A stretch of 64,000 bases of DNA from the NCBI GenBank assembly GCA_021157625.1, contig JAGGWD010000015.1, forward strand, positions 13,800-77,799, in the 5' to 3' direction. Position 1 is the stretch's first letter. Each line of letters starts with the position of its first letter. Positions 17,509-25,617 of the stretch are shown one piece after another. This DNA comes from a bacterium (GTDB taxonomy: Bacteria; Patescibacteriota; Minisyncoccia; Minisyncoccales; JAGGXC01). The notes beneath the pieces were generated by a model. It made no database searches and had not been told where the DNA came from. It worked only from the letters and a program-made list of their open reading frames with translations. The translations under genes were made by a program, and so were the position numbers.

Positions 17509-19927
17509 AAAATTTCTAAGCAGAGAAAAGATAATGACGATGAAGAAGGACATCGAGATGGCTAAATTGGGCAAATTTCCTGAAAGAGAGAAAGAGAAAT
17601 TGGTAGCCCAAAAGAAAAAGGAAGAAGAACAAAGAAAGATAGAAGAAGAAAGAAAAAGGATGGAAGAGATAAGAAAAAGGAAGGAAGAGCAAAGAAGAAA
17701 AATGGAGGAAGAGCAAAGAAGAAAAATGGAGGAAGAGCAAAGAAGAAAAATGGAGGAGGAATGGATAAGAAAAGAAATGGAAAGAAAGAAAAGAGAAGAA
17801 GAAGAAAGAAAAAGAAGAGAAGAAGAGAGAAAAAAGAGAATTGAGGAAGAAATGAGAAGAATAGAAGAAGAAAGGAAGAAGAGAGAAGAAGAAAGAAGAA
17901 AAAGAGAAGAAGAACGAAAGAAAGAAGAGATGGAAAGAATGAAAGCCTTAGCCCAAAAACCTTTGAAAGAAAGAATAAAAGAAGAAAAGGAAGAGATAGA
18001 GAAAGAGTTATCTCTCATTCAGGCTAAAAAACAACCTCTCCAAGAAAAGAAAAGGGAAATTTTAGAGCGAAAGAATAAAGTAAAAGAGGATCTCAACATT
18101 GCTTTAGAAAACGAGAAAAGGATTGAAGAAGAAGTCTTCAGGCTCCAAAAATTGGAGGAATCCGCTTCCTTTGACGAAAAAGAAAAGATAGAGGCTCAAA
18201 GATGGGAAATGGAAAGAAAAAGAAGAGAAGCAGAAGAAAAAAGATGGGCCATAGAGGATATACTTTATCAAATAGCAGAAGAAGAAGAGAAAATAGAAGA
18301 AGAATGGCAAGAAATTTCTAGTCAGGAAGAAAGATTGAATAAAAAACTAGAACAAATCTCAGCTCAGGAAGAATTGATAAAACTCCAAGAAAAGAAAAAG
18401 AAATTAGAAAATCGCCTTAGAGAACTTTTAGAACAAAGAGAGCCATTAGAGAACAAATTATCTAAAATCTCTGAGAGAAAATCCGAAACAGAAAAGCTTC
18501 TTAATGAAATTCTTGTTAGAGAAAATGAAATAGAGAAAGCAATAGCAGCGCTTGAAGAAAAAGAAAAGAGTACCCCTCTTTCTCCAGAAAAAAGAAGAAT
18601 AGAACAAAAAAGATGGGAAACTGAAAAAGAAAGAGAAAGAATAGAACAAAAAAGATGGCAAATAAATAATGAAATAAAAGCAATAGAAAAGGAAGAGAAA
18701 GAACTAAAGACAAGTTATGAAGACCTCTCAAGAAAGATTGAGATTGTGAAAAAGAGAATTGAAGAGATAGATCTTCTCATAGAAGAAAAGAGAAAGATTA
18801 TTACATCTACAGAAGAATTTGTATCACCAGCCCAAAAGAAAAAGGAAGAAGAACAAAGAAAGATAGAAGAAGAAAGAAAAAGGATGGAAGAGATAAGAAA
18901 AAGGGAGGAAGAGCAAAGAAGAAAAATGGAGGAGGAATGGATAAGAAAAGAAATGGAAAGAAAGAAAAGAGAAGAAGAAGAAAGAAAAAGAAGAGAAGAA
19001 GAGAGAAAAAAGAGAATTGAAGAAGAACTTAGACTTCTAAGAGAGAGAGCTCAAAAAGAAAGAGAAAGGATTATTGTCGAAGAAATCAGAAGAAAAGCAA
19101 AGGAAAGAGCAGAGAAAGAAAAAATGGAAGAGGAAAGGATTCTTAAACCAGAGCAACTACCCCAAAAAAGAGAACTTCCCAAGAAACCTTCCTTGCTCCA
19201 GAAAATAATCATAAGAATATTTGTTCTCCTTTTAATTCTTATTATTGCAGCAACAGCCTTATTCTTCTGGTGGTATTTTAGAGAAAAAGCAAAACCTCCT
19301 CTTCCTCCTCAACAACCGACTCAACCACAAGAAACCATACCCCTCCCTCCTTCTCCTCCTCTCTTTGTAATCACCCAAGCCAGTACAACTATAGAAGCCT
19401 CGAGCTCTCAGGAAATTCCTTCTGCATTAGAAGACTTTCTGAGAAAGCAAGAAATTAAAGAAGGGGATTTCCTTCAATTGCAGGTAAAGAATCTGGAAGC
19501 CAACAAAGAGATTAAGCTTGACGAATTTCTGACAGCTCTTGAAATGAACTCTCTCAAGGATCTTTCTTTATGCTTTGAAGAAAAATTTTCCCTTTTTGTC
19601 TATTCTCAGCCAACAGGAAAAAGATTAGGCTTTGCTATTACTCTCAAAAACAAAGAAGAAATAGAAGAATTAATGAAATCTTGGGAAGACAATGCCCAGC
19701 AAGACTTTCAGAAATTCTTTCTCTTAATGGAACATAAAGGTTCAGCCATGAATCCTGTGTTTAGAGATGCTGTTTACAAAACAAAACATTTTCGTTATCT
19801 TACATATTCAAGAAAAGATTTAGGAATCTGTTATCTGATATCAGAAGATTTCCTCATCTTTACCAGTTCTTATGAAAGCATGAAGAAAATAATTGAATAT
19901 TTAAATGAACAACAAATAAATGAATAA
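17480..19927 (+). CDS. Membrane-anchored protein with long E/R/K helical region, Pro-rich linker and C-terminal extracellular domain
   Basis: About 570 aa of E/K/R-rich sequence, one TM helix (IIIRIFVLLL...FFWWYF), PPLPPQQP linker. Confidence 0.8.
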   Translation: MAQKEDKGDRKFLSREKIMTMKKDIEMAKLGKFPEREKEKLVAQKKKEEEQRKIEEERKRMEEIRKRKEEQRRKMEEEQRRKMEEEQRRKMEEEWIRKEMERKKREEEERKRREEERKKRIEEEMRRIEEERKKREEERRKREEERKKEEMERMKALAQKPLKERIKEEKEEIEKELSLIQAKKQPLQEKKREILERKNKVKEDLNIALENEKRIEEEVFRLQKLEESASFDEKEKIEAQRWEMERKRREAEEKRWAIEDILYQIAEEEEKIEEEWQEISSQEERLNKKLEQISAQEELIKLQEKKKKLENRLRELLEQREPLENKLSKISERKSETEKLLNEILVRENEIEKAIAALEEKEKSTPLSPEKRRIEQKRWETEKERERIEQKRWQINNEIKAIEKEEKELKTSYEDLSRKIEIVKKRIEEIDLLIEEKRKIITSTEEFVSPAQKKKEEEQRKIEEERKRMEEIRKREEEQRRKMEEEWIRKEMERKKREEEERKRREEERKKRIEEELRLLRERAQKERERIIVEEIRRKAKERAEKEKMEEERILKPEQLPQKRELPKKPSLLQKIIIRIFVLLLILIIAATALFFWWYFREKAKPPLPPQQPTQPQETIPLPPSPPLFVITQASTTIEASSSQEIPSALEDFLRKQEIKEGDFLQLQVKNLEANKEIKLDEFLTALEMNSLKDLSLCFEEKFSLFVYSQPTGKRLGFAITLKNKEEIEELMKSWEDNAQQDFQKFFLLMEHKGSAMNPVFRDAVYKTKHFRYLTYSRKDLGICYLISEDFLIFTSSYESMKKIIEYLNEQQINE
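17606..19027 (+). repeat. Internal ~200-bp direct repeat (17606-17850 and 18830-19027) with a 24-bp unit in variable copy number
   Basis: Both copies start GCCCAAAAGAAAAAGGAAGAAGAACAAAG; unit GAAGAGCAAAGAAGAAAAATGGAG occurs three times in copy 1 and once in copy 2. Confidence 0.85.
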
Positions 19928-20285
19928 AAAAATTCTTAAACAATTAGAAAAACAATTAAAAGAAGAAAAAGAAGCTATAGAAGCTGAACTCAAGAAGTTT
20001 GCCAAGAAAGATAAAAAATTAGAAGGAGATTGGGATACACGTTTTCCTCACTTTGATGGAGAAACAGGTGGAGCTATTCTTGAAAAAGCTGCTGATGAAG
20101 TAGAGGAATACGAAGCTCTTTTGCCTGTTGAATTTAGCCTAGAGAAAAAGCTCCAAGATATTAATTTAGCTCTTGAGAAAATAAAAAAAGGGAAATACGG
20201 AATATGCGAGAAATGCAAAAAACCTATTTCTCTGGAGCGTCTGAAAGCGTTCCCTGCAGCAAGAACTTGTAAGAAATGTAAATAA
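19920..20285 (+). CDS. TraR/DksA C4-type zinc finger protein
   Basis: ALEKIKKGKYGICEKCKKPISLERLKAFPAARTCKKC. Confidence 0.88.
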   Translation: MNKKILKQLEKQLKEEKEAIEAELKKFAKKDKKLEGDWDTRFPHFDGETGGAILEKAADEVEEYEALLPVEFSLEKKLQDINLALEKIKKGKYGICEKCKKPISLERLKAFPAARTCKKCK

Positions 20286-20299
20286 TTTTATTTTGAAAT

Positions 20300-20330
20300 A
20301 AAAAAGAGGCCGCGGACAAAGAGCCGGGCC
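20300..20330 (-). terminator. Intrinsic terminator of the beta-helix gene
   Basis: Minus strand GGCCCGG-CTCTTTGT-CCGCGGCC-TCTTTTTT, 4 nt after the stop codon. Confidence 0.6.
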
Positions 20331-20334
20331 ATAT

Positions 20335-21261
20335 TCATTTTAAGAGAGTAGGTAGTCTTATTCTGGGAATCTTGGCAGGTCTCCAGTCAATATTGATCCA
20401 TGGGTATTCTGTATTACCGTGCTCTACAGTTCCCCAAATTATCTTAACTATATGAGGCACTCCCCAGTAATTTCCTCTCCATTGCGCTCTCAAGCAATTA
20501 TGAAAAGTTGCTGATTTTACCCCTAATCCTAGAAATCCAAGAAGAACATCTGGCTCAAGAAAATTATTGTTTACTATCTGGCAGTAACTCTCTGTAGGAT
20601 AATCGAAGTTAATCGAAATTCCTGTCTGGTATCCGGCAAATGTATTACCGGATATCTCAAGACTGAACGCTCTCGAAGTATAAATACATTCTCTATCTCC
20701 CCAGAAATCGTTATTCTCTACAGTATTAAAAGAGTTATATATCTGAACACCCACAGTGTTTAATCCGATAGAGTTACTAGAAATTACATTTCCAGAACCC
20801 CAGATAACAATTCCTGCGTAACTGTTCAGTATTGTGTTTTCTTTTATGATGTTGTTGCTGCCTTTGACATAAATTGCTGTCCGTGCTTTATCTCCCATAA
20901 CTTTGAATCCTTGAACAACACAAGAATCAGCGGAGATCGAAATAATAGGACTACTCGCACCAGTGGAGCCTATTACTGGAATAGCCGGACCATTAGGATC
21001 CTTCTCTCCCTTGAGGATAATAGATGATTTATAGATATTAATACTTTCGTAGTAGACTCCTCCTCTTACTATAATTGTATCTCCGGATTTCGCAGCTACT
21101 ATTCCTTGCCGAATCTTAGTGTAATCACCGTCTCCGTCATCATCAACTATAATTGTCTTGCTAGTATCCTGCGCCAGAGCATTTCCTAAATTCGTACCAG
21201 CTAAACCACACACAGAGAGAATCGCTAGCGCCAAAAATATCCTCCTCAAAACTTTTTCCAT
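20335..21261 (-). CDS. Secreted parallel beta-helix (NosD/pectin-lyase-like) protein
   Basis: Signal peptide; IIVDDDGDGDYTKIRQGI, GDTIIVRGGVYYE and repeated GI.I.GS.N.I..N.I turns. Confidence 0.82.
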   Translation of the reverse strand: MEKVLRRIFLALAILSVCGLAGTNLGNALAQDTSKTIIVDDDGDGDYTKIRQGIVAAKSGDTIIVRGGVYYESINIYKSSIILKGEKDPNGPAIPVIGSTGASSPIISISADSCVVQGFKVMGDKARTAIYVKGSNNIIKENTILNSYAGIVIWGSGNVISSNSIGLNTVGVQIYNSFNTVENNDFWGDRECIYTSRAFSLEISGNTFAGYQTGISINFDYPTESYCQIVNNNFLEPDVLLGFLGLGVKSATFHNCLRAQWRGNYWGVPHIVKIIWGTVEHGNTEYPWINIDWRPAKIPRIRLPTLLK

Positions 21262-21345
21262 TCATCTCACCTCCATATTCATTTTTCAAACTTCCAAGAT
21301 TACTTGGAAGGCAAGAGAAACAATTTCTGTTTCTCTTGCGCTTAT

Positions 21346-21375
21346 ATTATACCATATTTTTGGAATACTTGTCAA
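21346..21375 (-). promoter_or_regulatory. Consensus sigma70 promoter for the beta-helix gene
   Basis: Minus strand TTGACA-N18-TATAAT with TGn extended -10. Confidence 0.7.
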
Positions 21376-21450
21376 GTATGCTTGGATATCATTCCGAAAT
21401 ATGGTAATTTAAAAAAGTACTGAAACCCATTTTTTTGTTGATTTTCGAAT

Positions 21451-22890
21451 ATGCAAAAACAAAGCATTTTTTATAGATATCCCCTACTTTATCAACAAAG
21501 CTTAAAGTTAATTCATAGAAAGAATCTAAAGAAAAGATATCAATTGATTGCCTCTTTTATAAAGGAAGGAGAGAAAGTCCTCGAACCTGGCTGTGGAACA
21601 GGATTTTTGAAAAATTTTTTACCTTCAGGGTCTTTTTATTTTGGATTTGATCTTAACAAAAATTTCATTAACTGGGCTCAGAAAAAATATAAAGATTCGG
21701 TTTTTTACCTGGGAGATGTGCTTGATTCCAAAAGCTATTTCTCTGTAGATGTGGTTGTTATATGTGATGTCTTACATCATATAGAGACTTCAAAACAGAA
21801 AATGTTCTTGAGCAACTGCTGGAGATCAGCCAAAAAGAAATTAATTCTCTGTGAACCGAAAGGGAAAAATACTCTTTTATTAGGAAAGAAATTCTTTAGA
21901 TATTTCGAGCAAGACGGAATCAACCAACCAGATGCAGAAACTCTCTGGACAGAACAAGAGTTAAAAAAAATGATAAAAGAAGGATTTGGAGTTATTCCAT
22001 CAGAAATCCCGCGCCATATAGAAGAGATTGGGAAAGATATTCTCTGTGTTTTCTACAAAGAAAAAAAGTCTCTTGAAAAAAACACAAAGAAAGTATCAGC
22101 GGTTATTCCTGTGTTTAATGAAGAAAAAACAGTTGGGAAAATAGTGGAAACTTTTCTGAAGTCAGATTTAATAGATGAAGTAATCTGTGTAAATGATGGC
22201 TCCACTGACAGAAGTTTAGAAATTCTCGAAAGTTTTGGAGATAAAATAAAACTCATTAATCTCAAAGAAAACAAAGGTAAAGGATATGCTCTTGCAAAAG
22301 GCACAGAAATAGCAAAAGGAGAAATCATTGTCTTCTGGGACGCGGATTTTCCAAACCTTTCTCTCGAGCATATAGAAATTTTGGTTAAACCTGCCCTAAA
22401 AAGAAACTTTAAGGCAATTCTAGGAGTCCCAGTAAAAAACAGGTTTCAGTTCTCTCTTCCTACCCGTATCTATCTAACTGGCGAGAGAGTATATCCCAAA
22501 GACCTTCTACTTCCTCACCTTCAAGAAATGAAGAAGACAAGATTTGGAGTAGAGATTTTCCTAAATCGTCTGGTAGAGAAAAAACATACTCAGATTATTC
22601 CCCTAAAAGGCCTCATTTTCCCTTACAAATATGAAAAAAGATCTCTAGCCCAGGCCTCAAAAGAATATCTTTTGGAAGCAGTAGAATTAGCAAAAGAGTT
22701 TAGTAGGACCAGATCTCTCTTGCCTGAAGATCTGCGGATTATTGAGGGTTTAAAAGAAATTAATACCTTAACAGAGCTCAAAATACAGATCAAGAAAATT
22801 AAAGACGAAAAACTAAAAAAATTGTTAAAAGATTACATTTTAAAATACATAGATCGAGTAAGAAGAAATATAAAAAGGATTTCAATTTAA
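21451..22890 (+). CDS. Class I SAM methyltransferase fused to GT2 glycosyltransferase
   Basis: N-terminal VLEPGCGTG and DVLHH; C-terminal VIPVFNEE, VNDGSTD, NKGKG, FWDAD. Confidence 0.85.
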   Translation: MQKQSIFYRYPLLYQQSLKLIHRKNLKKRYQLIASFIKEGEKVLEPGCGTGFLKNFLPSGSFYFGFDLNKNFINWAQKKYKDSVFYLGDVLDSKSYFSVDVVVICDVLHHIETSKQKMFLSNCWRSAKKKLILCEPKGKNTLLLGKKFFRYFEQDGINQPDAETLWTEQELKKMIKEGFGVIPSEIPRHIEEIGKDILCVFYKEKKSLEKNTKKVSAVIPVFNEEKTVGKIVETFLKSDLIDEVICVNDGSTDRSLEILESFGDKIKLINLKENKGKGYALAKGTEIAKGEIIVFWDADFPNLSLEHIEILVKPALKRNFKAILGVPVKNRFQFSLPTRIYLTGERVYPKDLLLPHLQEMKKTRFGVEIFLNRLVEKKHTQIIPLKGLIFPYKYEKRSLAQASKEYLLEAVELAKEFSRTRSLLPEDLRIIEGLKEINTLTELKIQIKKIKDEKLKKLLKDYILKYIDRVRRNIKRISI

Positions 22891-22894
22891 AAAT

Positions 22895-24430
22895 ATGTCT
22901 TCTAAGGTTTTCTCAGCTGCTTTAGTAGGATTAGATGCTCAGATAATTGAAGTAGAAACAGATATCTCTTATGGATTAAGACGATTGGAGATAGTAGGTC
23001 TTGGCGATAAAGCGATTCAAGAATCAAAAGAAAGGGTAAGCGCAGCTATAAAAAGTTCTTATTTAAAACCTCCCTATCATTTTCCCCAAAGAGTTCTTAT
23101 TAATCTCGCCCCTGCTGATTTGAAAAAAGAAGGAGCTTGTTATGATCTTCCTATCGCTCTTTGTTATTTGCTTGCTTCAAAACAAGTGAATTTCTCTCCT
23201 CATGGCAAGCTCATAGTTGGGGAACTAGCATTGGATGGGAAATTAAGAAAAATAAAAGGAGTGCTTGCTCTAGCACTGCTTGCCCAAAAAAAGAATTTTA
23301 AAGAAATTATCCTTCCCAAAGCAAATGCTCCTGAAGCTGCTCTCATAAAGGGATTGAGGGTAATTGGAGTAGAAACATTAAAAGAAGCTATAGAATATCT
23401 TGAAGGGAGAAAAGAAATTCTCCCTTTTTTGGTAGATATCGATTCTATTAAATCAGAGAATGAATATTCCATCGATTTAGGACTTATCAAAGGGCAAGAA
23501 TATGCAAAAAGAGGATTAGAAATTGCTGCTGCTGGAGGACATAATCTTTTAATGATAGGACCGCCAGGCACCGGCAAAACTCTTCTGGCAAAAGCTATTA
23601 CTGGCATCTTGCCTTCTCTCTCTTTTGAAGAATCGCTTGAGGTGACAAAGATCTACAGCATTGCAGGACTTCTTTCTCAAGAAAAACCTTTAATCAAAAT
23701 ACGACCATTTCGTTCACCTCATCATAGCTGCTCTGAAGTAGCACTGATCGGTGGAGGTAACCCTCCTCGACCTGGAGAGATCACCCTTGCCCACAGGGGA
23801 GTACTTTTTTTGGATGAATTTCCTGAATTTCACCGAGATGTCTTGGAATCTCTCCGCCAGCCGATGGAAAATGGCTACATTATTATTGCAAGAGCCCGGA
23901 CCAGAGTAAAATTTCCAGCAAATTTCACATTGGTAGCTGCTTCCAATCCTTGTCCTTGTGGCTACTTAAACGATCCAACAAGAGAATGCAAATGTAGTAG
24001 CGCTCAGATCCAAAAATATCAAAGAAAACTCTCCGGTCCTATTATAGATAGAATAGATGTCTTTGTAGAAGTTCCTCCTGTAAAATATGAGAGATTAACA
24101 GAAGAGTATATAAAAAATTCAAGCGAGCACATAAGAAAAAGGGTAGAAAAAGCTCGCCAGATTCAAAGAGAAAGATTTAAAAAAGAAAAATCTCTCACTC
24201 AGACCACCAATAGTGAACTTACAATTGATCAAATTAAAAAATATTGCCAACTTGATTCAAAATCTCGCGCTCTGTTAAGAAAATTTGTAAATTCAGGAAA
24301 ACTTTCTGTTCGTGGTTATCATAGAGTTCTTAAAATGGCTCGCACTATTGCTGATCTTGAAGGAAAGCTTTCTATTTCTTTTTCTCATCTAAGTGAGGCT
24401 TTAATGTATAGGATAAGAGAAGAAAAATAA
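22895..24430 (+). CDS. comM: YifB/ComM Mg-chelatase-like AAA+ ATPase
   Basis: INLAPADLKKEG, GPPGTGKT, RSPHHS, LAHRGVLFLDE, NPCPCG. Confidence 0.93.
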   Translation: MSSKVFSAALVGLDAQIIEVETDISYGLRRLEIVGLGDKAIQESKERVSAAIKSSYLKPPYHFPQRVLINLAPADLKKEGACYDLPIALCYLLASKQVNFSPHGKLIVGELALDGKLRKIKGVLALALLAQKKNFKEIILPKANAPEAALIKGLRVIGVETLKEAIEYLEGRKEILPFLVDIDSIKSENEYSIDLGLIKGQEYAKRGLEIAAAGGHNLLMIGPPGTGKTLLAKAITGILPSLSFEESLEVTKIYSIAGLLSQEKPLIKIRPFRSPHHSCSEVALIGGGNPPRPGEITLAHRGVLFLDEFPEFHRDVLESLRQPMENGYIIIARARTRVKFPANFTLVAASNPCPCGYLNDPTRECKCSSAQIQKYQRKLSGPIIDRIDVFVEVPPVKYERLTEEYIKNSSEHIRKRVEKARQIQRERFKKEKSLTQTTNSELTIDQIKKYCQLDSKSRALLRKFVNSGKLSVRGYHRVLKMARTIADLEGKLSISFSHLSEALMYRIREEK

Positions 24431-24463
24431 AACAAAAAACTCTCGATTCGAGAGATTTTTGTT
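24431..24463. terminator. Probable bidirectional terminator
   Basis: AACAAAAAACTCTCG-ATT-CGAGAGATTTTTGTT between convergent genes. Confidence 0.65.
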
Positions 24464-24476
24464 TCTTGCTAAATTC

Positions 24477-25499
24477 TTATCGGGCAAATGGATTTCGAGG
24501 AGGAGAACCTTGAGAACTATAAAGTCCAAAGTGAAGATGGCAACCAGCAGATCCAGCAGGAATAGTTTTTCCAGAATGTCCTATCAATCCAATAAGCTCT
24601 CCTTGCGAAACCTCCTGGCCGACTACTACCAGAATTTTTTGAAGATGTCCATAATGTGTTATCAGCCCATTTGGATGAAGGATTCTAATATAATTTCCTG
24701 CTCCACGATTATAACCATATTTTACCTTCAGCACCTTTCCTCCGGCAGCAGCAAAAACAGGTTTTCCGCAACTATTACCTACATTAGCAAAATCAACAGC
24801 ATTATACCAATGAAGACCTTGAGTAACTCGATAAGGAGAGGAAACTGGGACGATAAAATAACTCGAAGCAACTGGAATTTGACTAAAGGAATAGCTGTAA
24901 CTCCTTACTTGAACAGGCTTAACTCCGCCGGGAATAACCAGAATATCTCCTACATAAATATCTCCCTCTTCTGAAAGATCATTAAAAGCAATAATATCCT
25001 CAATTTTTGCTTTATAAGTACGAGCAATCTCGCTTAAAGTATCACCTTTCTTTACATGGTGAATTACCCCTGAGACCGGAAGGATAATTAATTTCTGACC
25101 AGGACGAATAATAGAGTTTCTTCCTAAATCATTTGCCCATAAAATGGTATTTAAAGAAATACCAAAATCAGCAGCAATAGAACCAAGAGTATCGCCCGGT
25201 TGAACCACATATTCTGTAATTTCCTTTTTCTGAATTTCCTCTCCCGACAATGCAGCTAAGGTCTTGGAAGAAAAAATCTGGAGACAGGAAACTCCAGCTA
25301 AGCTGTTATTCTGGATAAAAGTAAGTTCAGGCGATTCGATATAAGATCTATCTTGAGAATTAATAAATAACTTCTGCTGCTTGAGAGAAACTGCCTGAAT
25401 TCTTTGATCTCCAAAAGAAAAACTCAACCAAAAACCTACAGAAATAACTAAAACCCCTATTAAAAAAACTAAAAATTTGCTCCACAAAGATTTTAACAT
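24477..25499 (-). CDS. LysM x2 + M23 family peptidase
   Basis: YVVQPGDTL and HVKKGDTL LysM repeats; HWYNAVD, YGHL and CHLHF M23 motifs; start placed at MLKSLW. Confidence 0.9.
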   Translation of the reverse strand: MLKSLWSKFLVFLIGVLVISVGFWLSFSFGDQRIQAVSLKQQKLFINSQDRSYIESPELTFIQNNSLAGVSCLQIFSSKTLAALSGEEIQKKEITEYVVQPGDTLGSIAADFGISLNTILWANDLGRNSIIRPGQKLIILPVSGVIHHVKKGDTLSEIARTYKAKIEDIIAFNDLSEEGDIYVGDILVIPGGVKPVQVRSYSYSFSQIPVASSYFIVPVSSPYRVTQGLHWYNAVDFANVGNSCGKPVFAAAGGKVLKVKYGYNRGAGNYIRILHPNGLITHYGHLQKILVVVGQEVSQGELIGLIGHSGKTIPAGSAGCHLHFGLYSSQGSPPRNPFAR

Positions 25500-25617
25500 C
25501 TTGTCTTCTAAATTAGTAAATCTATTCTGAAAGTCAAGTAATTTCTCCACAGCCATTTTTATTTATGGATTCAGAATGAAATTTATTATAAAATTAAAAA
25601 AAATAAGTATAACACCC

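Noticed and set aside
17371-18731. Phe/Ser/Leu-rich minus-strand ORFs
   Set aside because: They are antisense shadows of the GAA/AGA-rich gene.
17606-19027. Purine-rich repeats as a CRISPR array
   Set aside because: The units are in-frame coding repeats with no unique spacers, and no cas genes are present.
24459-24974. 171-aa ORF on the + strand
   Set aside because: It is antisense to the M23 peptidase and has no recognisable motif.
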